From the NCBI GenBank assembly GCA_964188305.1, contig OZ076885.1: a DNA stretch of 64,000 nt; one strand, given 5' to 3'. The notes under the pieces were generated by a model that was given only the letters and a program-made list of their open reading frames with translations, searched no databases and had not been told where the DNA came from. Both the position numbers and the translations under genes were made by a program. Shown piece after piece: positions 24,465 to 36,995 of this stretch. Positions within the stretch are counted from its first letter, which is position 1; each line of letters begins with the position of its first letter. The stretch comes from Podarcis bocagei (lineage: Eukaryota).

Positions 24465-25654
24465 GTGAGTATTGAACTCTAAAGCTGCACAGATCTATTT
24501 AGAGTGACAATATCCAGTCAAATCAGTGGCATAGTCAATGTGTGGAGGAAATGGATCCTGACTAGGGATGGCATATAATTTGAGGGTTTCATGATAGTTT
24601 ACCATGTGCTATCCAAAGTATGTTTAGTGCAGCACGAAAAAGCTGCTGTAAGTAGAGAACTGAACAGTGAAACTGTCACATTATTGAACTCGCCCCTAGA
24701 TGCGAGTGAAGATATGAATATTTTTAAGGTGTTTTTTTTAACACCAATCAGACTGAATATGGTTTAAAACATTGGTTCTGATTACCAAAGCCTATCATAC
24801 AGGCAATGCGTATATTTTCTGCTTCATTTGGCGGGTTTGCACTGGGATATCCTGCTTTCAGTAAGTGCTTAGGACACACTTCTGCATTTTAGTCAGGGAA
24901 TAGCATGGAAGTTTCCAAGAAAGGGAGAAAGAAAGAGAAAATGAGACAATGGTATACCATTCAGCATTTTTAATGTTGATGGGGACCATATTGCTCCTGG
25001 GCATGTGTGTTAACTGTACCATGGGAGGTTTATTTCTGGAACATTTCCCCCCCAAAGAGGTATAGTATTACAAAGGTGATGAAATAGGCTCTTTTCAAGA
25101 ATATAATAAATTAGGCTTTCAGTTGGCCCAAGTACATTTGTGCCCCCTTTCCACAATTTAAGTGCTGATTAGGAGTTTGATAAATAATATATATAGGATC
25201 TATGAAATCAGAGGTTTTAGGCAAGGAAATATATTTTACACACAGTTATGAGGTGCCTTGCTTGCTAAACAGTTATTTTCTAGGGCACATCCTCATGGCA
25301 GCCACCTGCGCTCCTGGTTCAGAGCTGTAGGACACAGCTGGAAGCCTGGGAAGTGTCCCTGGAAAAGGCAGGTACCTTTTTCCTCCAGGATATCCTGTGC
25401 TGGCCATACAGGTGGTACAGCCCAGGCTGGTCTTGTAGCCATCCCTGTCAGCAGAGTGGGCAGGCTGGGAAGCAGCATGGGTTGCATGCAGCCCCTGGTG
25501 CTTATGGAGTGTGGGGTTGAACGACTGCATGAGCACATCCAGCCCCCAAGTTAGCGCCATGTGCATATGTATTTGCTATAATGAGATCGAGCTTGGCAAA
25601 AAACCAAAACAGAGCCAACTCTTTTGTCACACTGGTTTATGCTTCTCATTTCAG

Positions 25655-25670
25655 CACTTCTGAAGCCTGA
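25655..25670 (+). CDS. NRIP3: NRIP3 final coding exon (N-TSEA-stop)
   Basis: cttctcatttcag| acceptor; aa+c = Asn, then act tct gaa gcc tga, matching the recalled C-terminus NTSEA; spliced CDS totals 735 nt (244 aa). Confidence 0.9.
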
Positions 25671-27224
25671 AGAGAATGCACTGCTGGCTTCAGAGAATAA
25701 GGCTTTGTGGTTGAAAGGAGAGTCGGCAATACTGATATCCCCACCTTGCTAGACTGTAGCTAGCTTGTAGCTAAATGAAGGAAGGAGTCTAGGGCAACTT
25801 CAGGCATTCACTCACCATGCCAAGAGTGTGAACAGTGGACTTCTAAAAGCACATCTGAGTCCACTCTTAAAAATGATGTCCTCTTTATGGTCATCTAAAT
25901 ATGAAAATGTTTATTTTACATCTTTTTTGTTATGAATGGATTATTGAAATGAATTGCCTCTTGTGAGACTGAAAAAGACAATTTTTATAACTTTTGAACT
26001 AACTGTATTTAGCTGCAATGAGAGGCTGTGAGAATCAGATTTTTAGAATTATGTTTAAACAGAGAATGATTAATAATTGGACATGATTGGGTTCAAACCA
26101 GAGCTTATTTACAATTAAATAAGTTCATCCAAATGCTCACGTAAGTTGAAGAGAATATATTTTTTCAAGGGTACTGAAGGTGGTATGATGGAACTATTGT
26201 TGCTTGTATTATTAGATATTTTCCAAATTTCAATATCTCAGAAAATGTTCTTAATTTCTCATTATGAAATATTGGTGTCAACAGTAAGAAGGTGGAGCAC
26301 AATTTAAATCTATATAATACTCAGCTTTTCATAATAGCATAAGAAACTGAATTTCCAGATTTTAAACAAATTATCTAGAACCACAGTGTAGCATACATAA
26401 GAATTTTAATGTCTGCTTGTTCAGCATTAATATTTTAGTTTATTTTCTTCAAATTTTGTTGCATAATTTTCTCAGTTGTGATTGTTTTAAACTGTATCTG
26501 TGAGCCTTTTATTAGCCCATAATTCCTGGCAAAAAGATATTATCAGTAGACATGGACAGACCTTTAAATAGTTACCAGCATTTTGGCATAATAATTTTCA
26601 TCACTCCTTAAGGCTGGTTATGAGATAATTTTGGAAAAAAACATTTCATTCTTGGTTTAAATATGTATTCATCATCTTAATGCCCAGATACTTGTTGCCT
26701 TTGTATCTCCAAGGTATTCTACAATATATATATTACTAGAATTTCAGGTGTATTTACCTTTATCTTGTAAGCAGCAAACTCACCAAATAATCTAAAAACA
26801 TTGAGTTCTGGACTGATTCTTCATCATGGTTATTGTTTTATAGTATAAAACCAGATTGAGAAATGAGAGAAAGAGAGAATGAGTGTACTGTATATAAAAA
26901 TACACTGTGGGAAACAATGTTGCTATGGCAGCCCCTTCCATTTTCTCTAAAAAAAATGAATATCCGTGTTCTGTCATACTCCCTTTGGGGTCATTCTCAC
27001 TAATGGCATGACTGCTTGATTCCCAAGAAGAGCAATTATCACTCAATATTATCCACCGAACAGGGAATTTTAACACTTACCACCAGAGACAATATTACAG
27101 TAATGATATATATTCAAGCAGGCTCTCCACTGTTCTAAACATCATATGATGAGGCACAGGGAAAGACAGAACCACTTCCTCCCTGCTCCTGGGACAGCAC
27201 CTTGTTTCTTTTATTCCCTTAGAG

Positions 27225-27620
27225 CAGGGCAGTCCAACACATGGCCCAGGGGCCATATGTGACCCTTGAGGCCTTTTTTGGCGGCTCTCAGCAACATTTG
27301 ATGACCCCCCTCAGCCCTTGCGCTGCCCTTGCAAAGCTGGCTAAGCAAGGCACTGAGCTTGGGGACAGAGGCATGAAGACTCCCCCAGCCTCCTTCCCAA
27401 AGCCTAGGAGCTAGGAGGGCTCTAGGTACCTTTCAGAGCCTCATGGTGCCTCCCCAAAGTCAACCTCACTTAGCCAGCTTTGGGAAAGCAGTGTGAGGGC
27501 TGGGGGAGCCTCAGAATTCAGCCTGGCTTCCCCTCCCTGCACATGTGTGACAAGGCAGTGTGCAGCCCGTGGGCTTCATGTTGAATCACTCTTGCAGCCC
27601 ACTTGGTATGAAAAGTCTCA
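27225..27620. mobile_element. old hAT-like non-autonomous DNA transposon
   Basis: cagggcagtccaac..ggcccaggggcc start and GC-rich interior; right end eroded. Confidence 0.45.
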
Positions 27621-28866
27621 TAAGTCAATAATGCTGTATGCTATAATACACTCTTCAGCGAACTATCTGGTTTTCTCCATTAGGCTGATAATACCACAGA
27701 CAATTCCTGTCCTATAACTTCTTGGCACTGCTTTCTATAATGGTCTTGAGCTTTTTGCTACCAGCAATAGGTATTCTTCAATTGGTTCTGGGTGATACGT
27801 TTAGTTGTGCAAATTTACTCAAAAATAAGTGTGTTGTGGCCGCAGTGTGGATTAACAAAATGTGTAGCACATAATTGTCTGATTGTTTCAACATGCAGTT
27901 CAACTTGCACTAACAGCTACGTTACAAATGTGTTGAGCTGCAAACTGAAGTGTGCTCAAGCAATCGTAAAACTTATATAGTATGTGCTCAAGTCTGCATA
28001 TATCTGCTTAACCCATATTCACAACAGGCTAGGGTGGTCATACTTGTGCACCAATCCATAGATACAAAAATAGCAAGCAATATATACAGGAAAATGATCT
28101 TACACACATGCACTCTCTTCCTTCCTGAGAACATGGGGAGCTGTTTTGTATATAGACACCCCTCTCCCTTGCTCCTTGTTCAAGCTATTTTCTCTAAGCT
28201 TCTGTCCATAGTACACCTCAAGCCACCATACCAAGCTCCCATATATGGAGCTGTATGGTTAGCTATACGACTATATGATTAGCATTACAGATGTGCTTCT
28301 GATTACACCAGTTAATTAAATGCTTTGCAGGAAAGAAGCTTTGGTAGACTTGGGTGTGGGTGGGTGTTGTCAAACCAACAGGATGCAATACACACTTTAG
28401 ACACAACAGATCCCTTTTAAAACTTATCTAGTAGACTTTGTACTGAATATGCACTTACATTTTGAAGAACCCTAATTAAATTCAATGGAAATAAGTACTG
28501 GCATTGAATAAAAAGGGGTAGAGAACCAACGCTTTTAGGCTAGCGTTAGTTTTCAATATTTGATCTGGTTTGGTCATTCTGGCAGTGACCACAAAGAATA
28601 TGCAATGGCTACAACATCTTTAGCACTCCCAAACTAGTATATATATTTTAATAATTTGTAGTTTGGCTTTTTGCAATGGGTTTGATAACATCCATGTACA
28701 GCGCTGGTGTTGCTCACAGATTTGAAGTATAAGTGTTTGGATATATTTTTATCTTTCTGTGCATCATTGCCCTCAATACTTATATATCTATATTTACAAA
28801 ACAAAACTTTTATGTGTTTGCGAGGTGAACTGCACTGTGTGTATACCTGCCAACATGTAGTTGAAA

Positions 28867-28946
28867 AATAAAATATATTTGTCTATGCTACTTATGTGGC
28901 ATTTGGCTACTTTAGTGTTTATTACTGTGATGATTATGAAAATAAA
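28867..28946 (+). terminator. candidate NRIP3 polyadenylation signals (AATAAA at 28867 and 28941) ending a ~3.2-kb AT-rich 3' UTR
   Basis: two AATAAA hexamers followed by T/GT-rich sequence; UTR extent inferred. Confidence 0.4.
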
Positions 28947-29102
28947 TAAAATGTAAAACTTCTATTAAGGTTTTTTAATTTCTGCTTTATCTTCTCTCAT
29001 GGTATGTTTTGCCAAATACACACCCTGATCCAGAACCCTCGGTGCTTTCTGGTGCAAATATGGTAGGCCTTGTGTCCTACATTACTAAGGGCAGTCCTAG
29101 AT

Positions 29103-29140
<38 letters not shown>
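29103..29140. repeat. (TAG)n microsatellite
   Basis: direct reading. Confidence 0.95.
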
Positions 29141-29535
29141 TTTCAATACCATCCTTCATCCAAGAAACACAGGGCAGTTTACAATATAAAAAGACAAAAA
29201 TTCATACCATAGTATATCTGAATGGCAGTCTGGTCTGAGCCCTGTTAAAAGATAAAGAACCATAACAAGGGAAAGCTGTAGCCTTTAAGTTGCTCTTTAA
29301 CTTTTAGCACCTGGGAAGCAGACTGAACAGCTAACCTGCTCACATCTTCCCCACTAAGGTGAAATATATTGCATTTATATTTATATTTTAGAAATTATCT
29401 TCAAATTTAAATATATACAAATAAATTAGCATATGTAAAATTTATATTAATCTGCATCATCTTTTGTTCTCTCTTTTTTCTTTTTGATAAAGCCACCCTA
29501 AAATATGGAGCTGCTGTGTAAAGGGTGGCTCTGAC

Positions 29536-29900
29536 CATAGGCACCGACTCCATGGGGCTTGAGGGGGCTCGAGCCCCCTCAAAAAAATTTTTGGGGGGGC
29601 TCAGCCCCCCCAATAATCTCAGGCGGGCGCCCTTCCAGCAGAGCGCCGCCGCCGCCCCCCGCCTCCTCCTTCGCCAGCCAGCCAGCCGCGCGCCCTAATC
29701 GGAGAGCCCCGGCTGGAAATCCCGCGAGAACAGGGGAATCCCGACTGGCCACACCTCCCAGCCAGCCAATCGGCTGGCTGGGGGGGCGTGGCTTGCCCTA
29801 TTTAGGGCCGGAGCCACTTTATTTGCATATTCATGAGCTTATTTATTATTCATGAGCTTTCCCGGGCCCCCCCAATATTTTTTCTAAGTCCGCGTCCCTG
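29536..29900. mobile_element. hAT-type MITE, GC-rich, carrying promoter-like motifs
   Basis: 8-bp TSD gctctgac at 29528..29535 and 29901..29908; imperfect TIRs; subterminal gagcccc repeats. Confidence 0.8.
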
Positions 29901-30129
29901 GCTCTGACTGAGATCAAGTTCTGCAAGTGCAAGTGCAGGGGCTTCTCATTCTTCTAGAACAGATTGCACCCCGTATAGCAGAATGTACAGTAATAAAAGT
30001 GAATGGGAAATGTACGTGTGTGGAGGGGGGCCATGTTTCAAAAAGTCACTGGAGGGCAAAAAGCAAGTAACAGAAATTATTAGTGCCCCAACAGCTGTGT
30101 TTCAGGAAGGTATTTGGATCCCTCTGGTT

Positions 30130-30480
30130 ATATCTGGCCAAAAACATGTGACCCCATTGTTAAGGCATTTGCACTGGCTGCTTATCTACTACCAAGTCAG
30201 GTTCCTGGTCCTTGTATTAATTTTCAAAGGTCCAGACAACTTCAGTCCAGGGTACTGCAAGGGCTGCCTGAAACCTTATATTCCAGCTCAATCACTGAAA
30301 TAATTTGCTGGAGCATTATTGGCCGTTTCCTGAGTTGGCAAGGCTCATTTAACAAGGAACCAAGCTTTTAGGGTCAGCAGTCCAGTATTGTGAAATACTC
30401 TACCAACTGAGATTCAGAAGGCATCTTCTATTTCAACTTTCAAATGGCCACTGTAAACTTTTCTATTCCATCAGGCCTAT
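30130..30480 (+). mobile_element. L2-clade LINE 3' remnant
   Basis: peptide HVTPLLRHLHWLLIYYQVRFLVLVLIFKG, typical of the L2 ORF2 C-terminus. Confidence 0.75.
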
Positions 30481-31683
30481 GCAGTCAATTAATAATACAT
30501 ATTTCTTATAAACAAGTTTCCAGCCTCATGCTGTGGGACCACCAACTCTCAAACATGAAAACCAGACCACAAAGAGCAGAGCAAAATACCCACAGATTCA
30601 ATCAGGTTATCCGAGGCGCATGCTGCAAGGGGAAAGCAAATGCTATTACTGGGAATTTGTATTGAATGTTAGTATTCTAATGTTATTTATTTTATATACT
30701 TAAAAGCGATTTTATCCCACACTTCATCCCAGTAATGATAGGCTACAACAAAGTATGCTGTTGTTGTTGTTAATAACTAGCAATTTATCTCCTGGTCATT
30801 ATATATCAGAACATAGTTATCTTTCTATATGAAACATTTTGATGCTGAGTTCCGGAGATAAATGAGGGGAACTTTTGCAGACTTCTTTCCTACCTAATTA
30901 CGCTCTCAGGGGAGCATGTTGTCCTGGCTTTTATTTATGGCATTGGTATACTAATGGATCTCAGATATTTGAACATAGCAAGGGCACCTTATTTCATGTT
31001 TTTGTCAACATCTCATTGGCTGCCTTATTTTAAAAGGCGTCATGATGAAAGCAGAATGTACTGTGTTCTTCTGTCTTTCTTTCTTCTGTGTAATGAGTGG
31101 TGCACTGGCCTTTCATCAGCATGAAAGTCTACTGCCATTTCAGAATCCACTTTTTCCATACTGAGGAGATATTCTACATTTAGGGTCGGGCTTTTTTTAA
31201 TGGGTAGTAAGCATATTGAGAATGCTTCCACCTTGGTTCTCTCACATGATACAGCCAGCTATATTTGTGCCTTTACAGGATCTAGGCTTAACTGCTACAA
31301 ACAAAAGTCTTTGCTGGACTTGCTTTATTGAGAGAACAATTCAAGCAAAACTGAATTTTAGTGGCTTAATTCCAGGCCAGTCGATACTGAATATGGCAAA
31401 GTCATGGCACAATGCCTCACAACCAAGTAGATACTATAGTAGTCTGACATTTACTTCAGAAAGAAGTCAGTCAACACTTTTCCAGTCAACAACCACCACC
31501 TTCTGACACTCAAGTTCCAAGAATGAGACAGCTGTAGCCATATCACATACACCTGGTTCTTATGTCTCAAGTTAGCCAACCAGGTTTAAGTTCATTTAAT
31601 TCTTGGGGGGGGGGGGTACAGATCTGTCTAAGGTTATTGATAGGCATTTAAAGGACTCAGGGCACAGGGTACAAATTTGCATA

Positions 31684-31909
31684 CAGTAAGCCTGCAACTT
31701 ACGCAAGGGTTATGTTCTGGGGATCACGCCGGAAGCCAACATTGCATATAGTCAAAACCCAATGGGTTCAATGGCAGGTGGGATTGCCAAAGTCATTTTC
31801 CCCAGAAACCCACCCTTTTTCTATCCCTTAATTATTATTATTTTAAATTTGCCATGCATATATAGTTGTATGCGCACAAGTTAAATGTGCTTAAGTTGTG
31901 GGCTTACAG
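31684..31909. mobile_element. Tc1/mariner (Tigger-like) MITE
   Basis: TA flanks; TIR cagtaagcctgcaactta / taagttgtgggcttacag. Confidence 0.7.
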
Positions 31910-33229
31910 TACATTAATTCATACGAACATTTAGACTGACTTTTAGAGGAGGGAAGGGAACCCTTGCTCTCATTCAGTGGACTCACTCTGAACCATGAAG
32001 GAGCAGCAGGATTTTTACGCCCAGTATACTGTATGTAGATTGGGTCCTCCACCCACGATGTATTAGCAAGAACTGCTGCTTGTGTACATGTTAAAACTAA
32101 AACAAGTCATGTCTAATCTTACATGATTCCTCTCACACACATATACTTCTTTGCCCTCCCCCCAACCCACTTAGTGCATGTTCTTACAAGTCCCCTGTTT
32201 TCAGTCAGTACCATCCAAACATGATATTCAGCAACCATAAAATCAACAAAAGCTTCCTTCAGTCATTCTACTCATAAAGCCAACACGTGAATGTAGAGAG
32301 CTCTGTCCCATCACCATCTTGTTCCCTGCACAATTTAGAACCTTGAAAGAGTTCTGAATCATCCAAGGGTCTCCATCAGTAGGCCTGGGTGACGTACTGG
32401 TACATTGTGCAAAAATGGTTTTACATCCAGATCATGATAACACTTTCAAAATTCCTGATCTCACAATATATCACCCCTGGCTACTTATCTGCATAAAGGC
32501 TTGACAATTTGAGGCAGCTTTACTGAAGAGCTTCCAGTCCTTATTTAGCTTACTCACAGGACCAGCCTTGGGAATCATGAGCACCTTTCACTAACTTCAG
32601 TCCAACTGTTCTTGACTTGGAGTAAAGGGTAAGTTTGCTATATTTAACTTAAGATTATGCTCCTGCCTCTCATTGTGGGTGGTGTGAAATTCCATAACAC
32701 TAATAAACCATCTGGATAAGACAGAAGCCACTCTATTAACAGGACTCAAAATGGAGATCTTTTGGGGAAAGAGGGTTCCCCCCCCCCGAGATTTCTGGTT
32801 TAACACAACATGTCAAAATTACTGGGGTCCATGAGCAGTGTCTGTGTCACCTAGCAACCGATGTTTCTACCAAGTCCATGTGTCCATTTGAAAAAAGAAC
32901 CAGGCTTCTTTGTCATAAGAGGAAGTATTCTTTTCGCAGGGCTTTGCAGGTTATTTCAGGCTGACGTGCTGGGAAGGTTGTGCCTCTATTTAGAAACCCA
33001 ATTACAGGAAACACTGTCAGATAACTGCTCTATTAGAAAATCTTTGTGAGAGACCCTGTCCCTCCACTACAGGAGCACATGATAATAGCTCCTTCAGAAG
33101 CCTCTCTGCTCAATTCCAACCAACATTGTTAGTAGAAATGCAATTTTTATGTGGACAAAAGGAAGGCAGGGTTACATAAGAGCCCTGCTGGATCAGACGC
33201 AGTGGCCATCTACTCCAGCATCCCCATTA

Positions 33230-33480
33230 AAATTTGGATTTCCCCTTTCTGAACCTTTTCCAGCTGCTTTTTAAGGAGCAGCAACAAGAACTGTTGCATT
33301 TAATAGCAATGTAGTCACCGTCCCCAGCTGGTTCAACAATAAATTCATCTTGTTCCTAGTCCTGGACATCACTTAAGATTAAGTCCAGCTTTGCTGCCCC
33401 TCTAGCTGGTTCTGTGACAGTTGGAAGGTCATGCTCCAAGTTTGCTTTCTGGGAAGGGAGTTTGGAAGCCTACACAAGCA
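33230..33480 (-). mobile_element. old CR1 endonuclease-domain fragment
   Basis: minus strand reads ..VTEPARGAAKLDLILSDVQD.., resembling the CR1 EN motif EPTRG..LDL.L. Confidence 0.55.
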
Positions 33481-33801
33481 CATTTGTCAAAAGAACTTTT
33501 ATTATAAATGAGGGAAGGAACATATCTTTTCTCTAGCATACAATAGAAGACTGTATCCTTTCCTATACAATAAACTAACACCGCTTTTTTATATAATATG
33601 ATCATGAGACATCCAGAAATTAGAAAACAATGTAGCTAGATAAGAACATTAATCGTTCCCAAAATATAATATTGATTGTCCTTGAATCTTCTGGCCACAC
33701 TTGCCATCCTCTCCTGTCACGACAGTGTGGTGCTCTACAACCTTTGAGAACTAGCGAGTATGGGCTTATCTTTTGCTTATGCAATAGGCTCCCTTGGTAA
33801 G

Positions 33802-34152
33802 GGTAAAGGGACCCCTGACCATTAGGTCCAGTTGCGGACAACTCTGGGGTTGTGACGCTCATCTCGCTTTACTGGCCGAGGGAGCCGGCGTACAGCTTCC
33901 AGGTCATGTGGCCAGCATGACTAAGCTGCTTCTGATGAACCAGAGCAGTGCACGGAAACGCCATTTTCCTTCCTGCCAGAGCAGTACCTATTTATCTACT
34001 TGCACTTCATGCTTTCGAACTGCTAAGTTGGCAGAAGCAGGGAGCGAGCAACGGGAGCTCACCCCATTGCGGGGATTCGAACCGCCAACCTTCTGATCAG
34101 CAAGCTCAAGAGGCTCAGCAGTTTAACCCACAGTGCCACCCGCGTCCCTTGA
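33802..34152 (-). mobile_element. full-length Sauria SINE
   Basis: reverse complement of the 3386 element including the gggacgcgggtggc head; 13-bp TSD ctcccttggtaag at 33789..33801 and 34153..34165. Confidence 0.92.
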
Positions 34153-34811
34153 CTCCCTTGGTAAGTTTCCTTAATCTAGCTTTCCTCAGCTGCTACTTCA
34201 ATTAAATCAGGTGATGGTCCTTTGAAAAACACAAGGAAGTGTGGCTCAGCTACTGGGCTGAGTTTGTACTCCGTTCCAATGAGCAGAACTCTGAATGGAG
34301 AACTTAGGTCAGTTTAGGCCCCTAGCAATGGGAATGTTTGTCAGGGGAGTGGACAATGGCTGGATTAAGCAGGGATGTGGGTAGATGAAATGTAAATTGG
34401 GAGTTTAAAAAAATATTCTAGATTTTAACTGATTTTGAAACAGAACCAAAATCAGAGTTTTTAACTTGGGCTGAGACCTATCCTTACTCTTTGGTTTGAT
34501 AAGTTTAACCAAAGCTTACACGAGCTTGAAATGAAGTTTTTTGCAAGTGTAAGTTTACCCTCTAGTTTTCAGTCGTAATTCATACTCTAGTTTTGAACTG
34601 TTTTTCAAAGTGAACTGAAAGCTGTTTATTAAGTTGAACTAATTTTTAATTAATGTTTAAATGTCTGACTTGGATTGAGGCCTACCCTTATGTTTTGCCC
34701 ATTATTATATAAATTTCTGGTTGCTGTTTACTGCAGCCTCTCAAGTCTGCCCTGCACTGGAATTTAGCTCCTAGCTCACAATACCTCTGCTGTACCCTAT
34801 TTTAGCAGATG

Positions 34812-34814
34812 AAA

Positions 34815-34857
<43 letters not shown>

Positions 34858-34860
34858 ATA
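34812..34860. repeat. (AAAT)n microsatellite
   Basis: direct reading. Confidence 0.95.
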
Positions 34861-36349
34861 GAATGAATGAACACACTTACCTTCTTGAATGACTTGCTTG
34901 TTAATTTAATGCTCTGTCACTGGGGCTTAGATGCTTCATCAGCTGGGGCTCCTTTCTTGCTCACAGAAGTTTTAGTTTACTCCTTGGAATAGAGATAATT
35001 ATCCATTTTTCAACATAAAATGACCTATAGACATATCAGCTAATTAATCTGGCATTTGCAATATCAACTTCATTATTTTTTCATAGCAGTTTTGCGCACA
35101 CTGAGCTAAAGAACTGTTGCAAAGGAAGCTTGGGAACTCTGTTGTAGCCTGCCGGCTTCTCTCTGCAAGATAAGGTCATAAATTGTTTGCAATTGTCCCA
35201 TTCTGTGAGTTCCAATTAGAGTTAATTACAAACTTGAGGAGCCCTGTGGCATTTTAAAATGAGGCTTCATGAAGATCTTGCAGCCCATGGTATGAGCTGA
35301 TACAGTACAGGTCAATATTCACGCAGCACAATCCTATGTACTGTATCTTTACTTGGAAGCAAGCCCACTGTCCTCAGTGGTGCATATGCTCAGATCTGTG
35401 TGCAGTGGGTTACAATCTAAGTCAGCCATGAGAGAGGACCTTGTTTTGTTGAGCCACATGGAAAAAAAGGATGAGGTCTAAACTGACAGCTATAATTAGA
35501 GACCCATGTGTCAACAGAAAAGAAAAGAAATAAAACTGCAAAAATAAATAAATAATACAAATGAGGGGGGGAAATGAGTAGAATGACTTGGTCATCAAGG
35601 CAACAATAATTGAGGCCAGCTATAAGCATGTGCTGCTCACGCATTTCTGAATTCTTATGAAATAGTTTCCCTAAGCAGTATGACGTTCCACAGAATTCAA
35701 GGCTTCATCTCTTTTTAAAGTAGGTAAATATCGCTTACAGACACACCATTAAGACCATATTCATGGAAGACAATCTTAATTGGCTATGAGTGATCACCAA
35801 AGAAGAAGAAAGTAAATCCCACTGGAGACCTATGGTGTTTTGTAATATTTGATTTTACTTACAAGTTGAGCACTGGTTGAGATACACAGCATAGAACTCC
35901 TGAAAACAGCAATTACACTGCCCTGCATCAGATCTCCAGAGGCAGTCTAGCATTCTGAGATGCTTTTAAACTTCCAGAGCTCAAAACTCACTTTCATTCT
36001 CAAGCTGCAATTTCTGTCTCACTATCCCAAAACCCTTTTCTGTTGTTCTGTTAAAACTCACCAAATCTTGTTTATATACTCCATTGTAGGTGAGGGATGA
36101 GATGTGCCACTACTCCTAAACTCTAATGGATTTTCCTATTCAAAACATTCAAGGAAGACCTACCTATTTCCTAACCATCTTGGGCCATTTGCCTGTAAAT
36201 TTCCCTAACAAAAGATGAGGCTGCAGTGTTTGGCTACAGCTTCATTAACAAAACCCTACAAAAGGACTTCAAAAATTTGAATGTTTTGTACATCCCACCA
36301 TGTTGGATTTCTGGGTGATACCTATGAGCCACAGTTTGACTATCAATTA

Positions 36350-36995
36350 CCGTATTTTTTGCACTATAGGCCGCACTTTTTCCCCTCCAAAAATGAAGGG
36401 GAAATGTGTGTGCGTCCTATGGAGCGAATGCAGGCTCTCCAGGCTTCAGGAAGCTATCCGCAAGCCTTCGGAGCGCGGCAGGAGTGCCCGCGGGCTCCGA
36501 AGGCTTGCGGATAGCAGCCTGCAGCCCGAAGCCCGGGGAGTGCAGTGCCAACTCCCGCTGCGCTCCCCAGGTTTCAGGCAGCTATCCGCAAACCTTTGGA
36601 GCGCTCCCCCAGCCCCGCAAGCTCCAGGAGCGGCGGCAAGGCTGCGCACAACCTTGCTGCCACTCCCGGACCTGTTCTGGGGGCTGGGGTTGGGGGAAGT
36701 TCGGGCTTCCCCCGCCCCAGCCCCATGGCTAAAAACGAAGCCAAGACAGTGAGTGGGATCCATCCCGCTCGCTGTCTTGGCTTCTGCCAAAGCCGCGAGC
36801 AGCCTCTCCCAGCTGGAGAGGTTGTGCGTGGCTAAAGAGGAAGCCAAGACAGCCAGCGGGATGGATCCTGCTGGCTCTCTTGGCTTCTTTGCTCTTTGGG
36901 GCTGGGGGGGGAATATTTTTTTTCTTTATTTCCCCCCCCCCTAAAAACTAGGTGTGCCCTATGGTCTGGTGCGCCCTATGGAGCGAAAAATATAG
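36350..36995. mobile_element. TcMar-Tc2-like non-autonomous DNA transposon with GC-rich interior
   Basis: TA flanks; ccgtattttt... left TIR and ...gaaaaatatag right TIR; left ~80 bp shared with the element at 63541. Confidence 0.8.

Noticed and set aside
36281-36944. overlapping ORFs and apparent CpG island
   Set aside because: interior of the Tc2-like element, not a gene promoter
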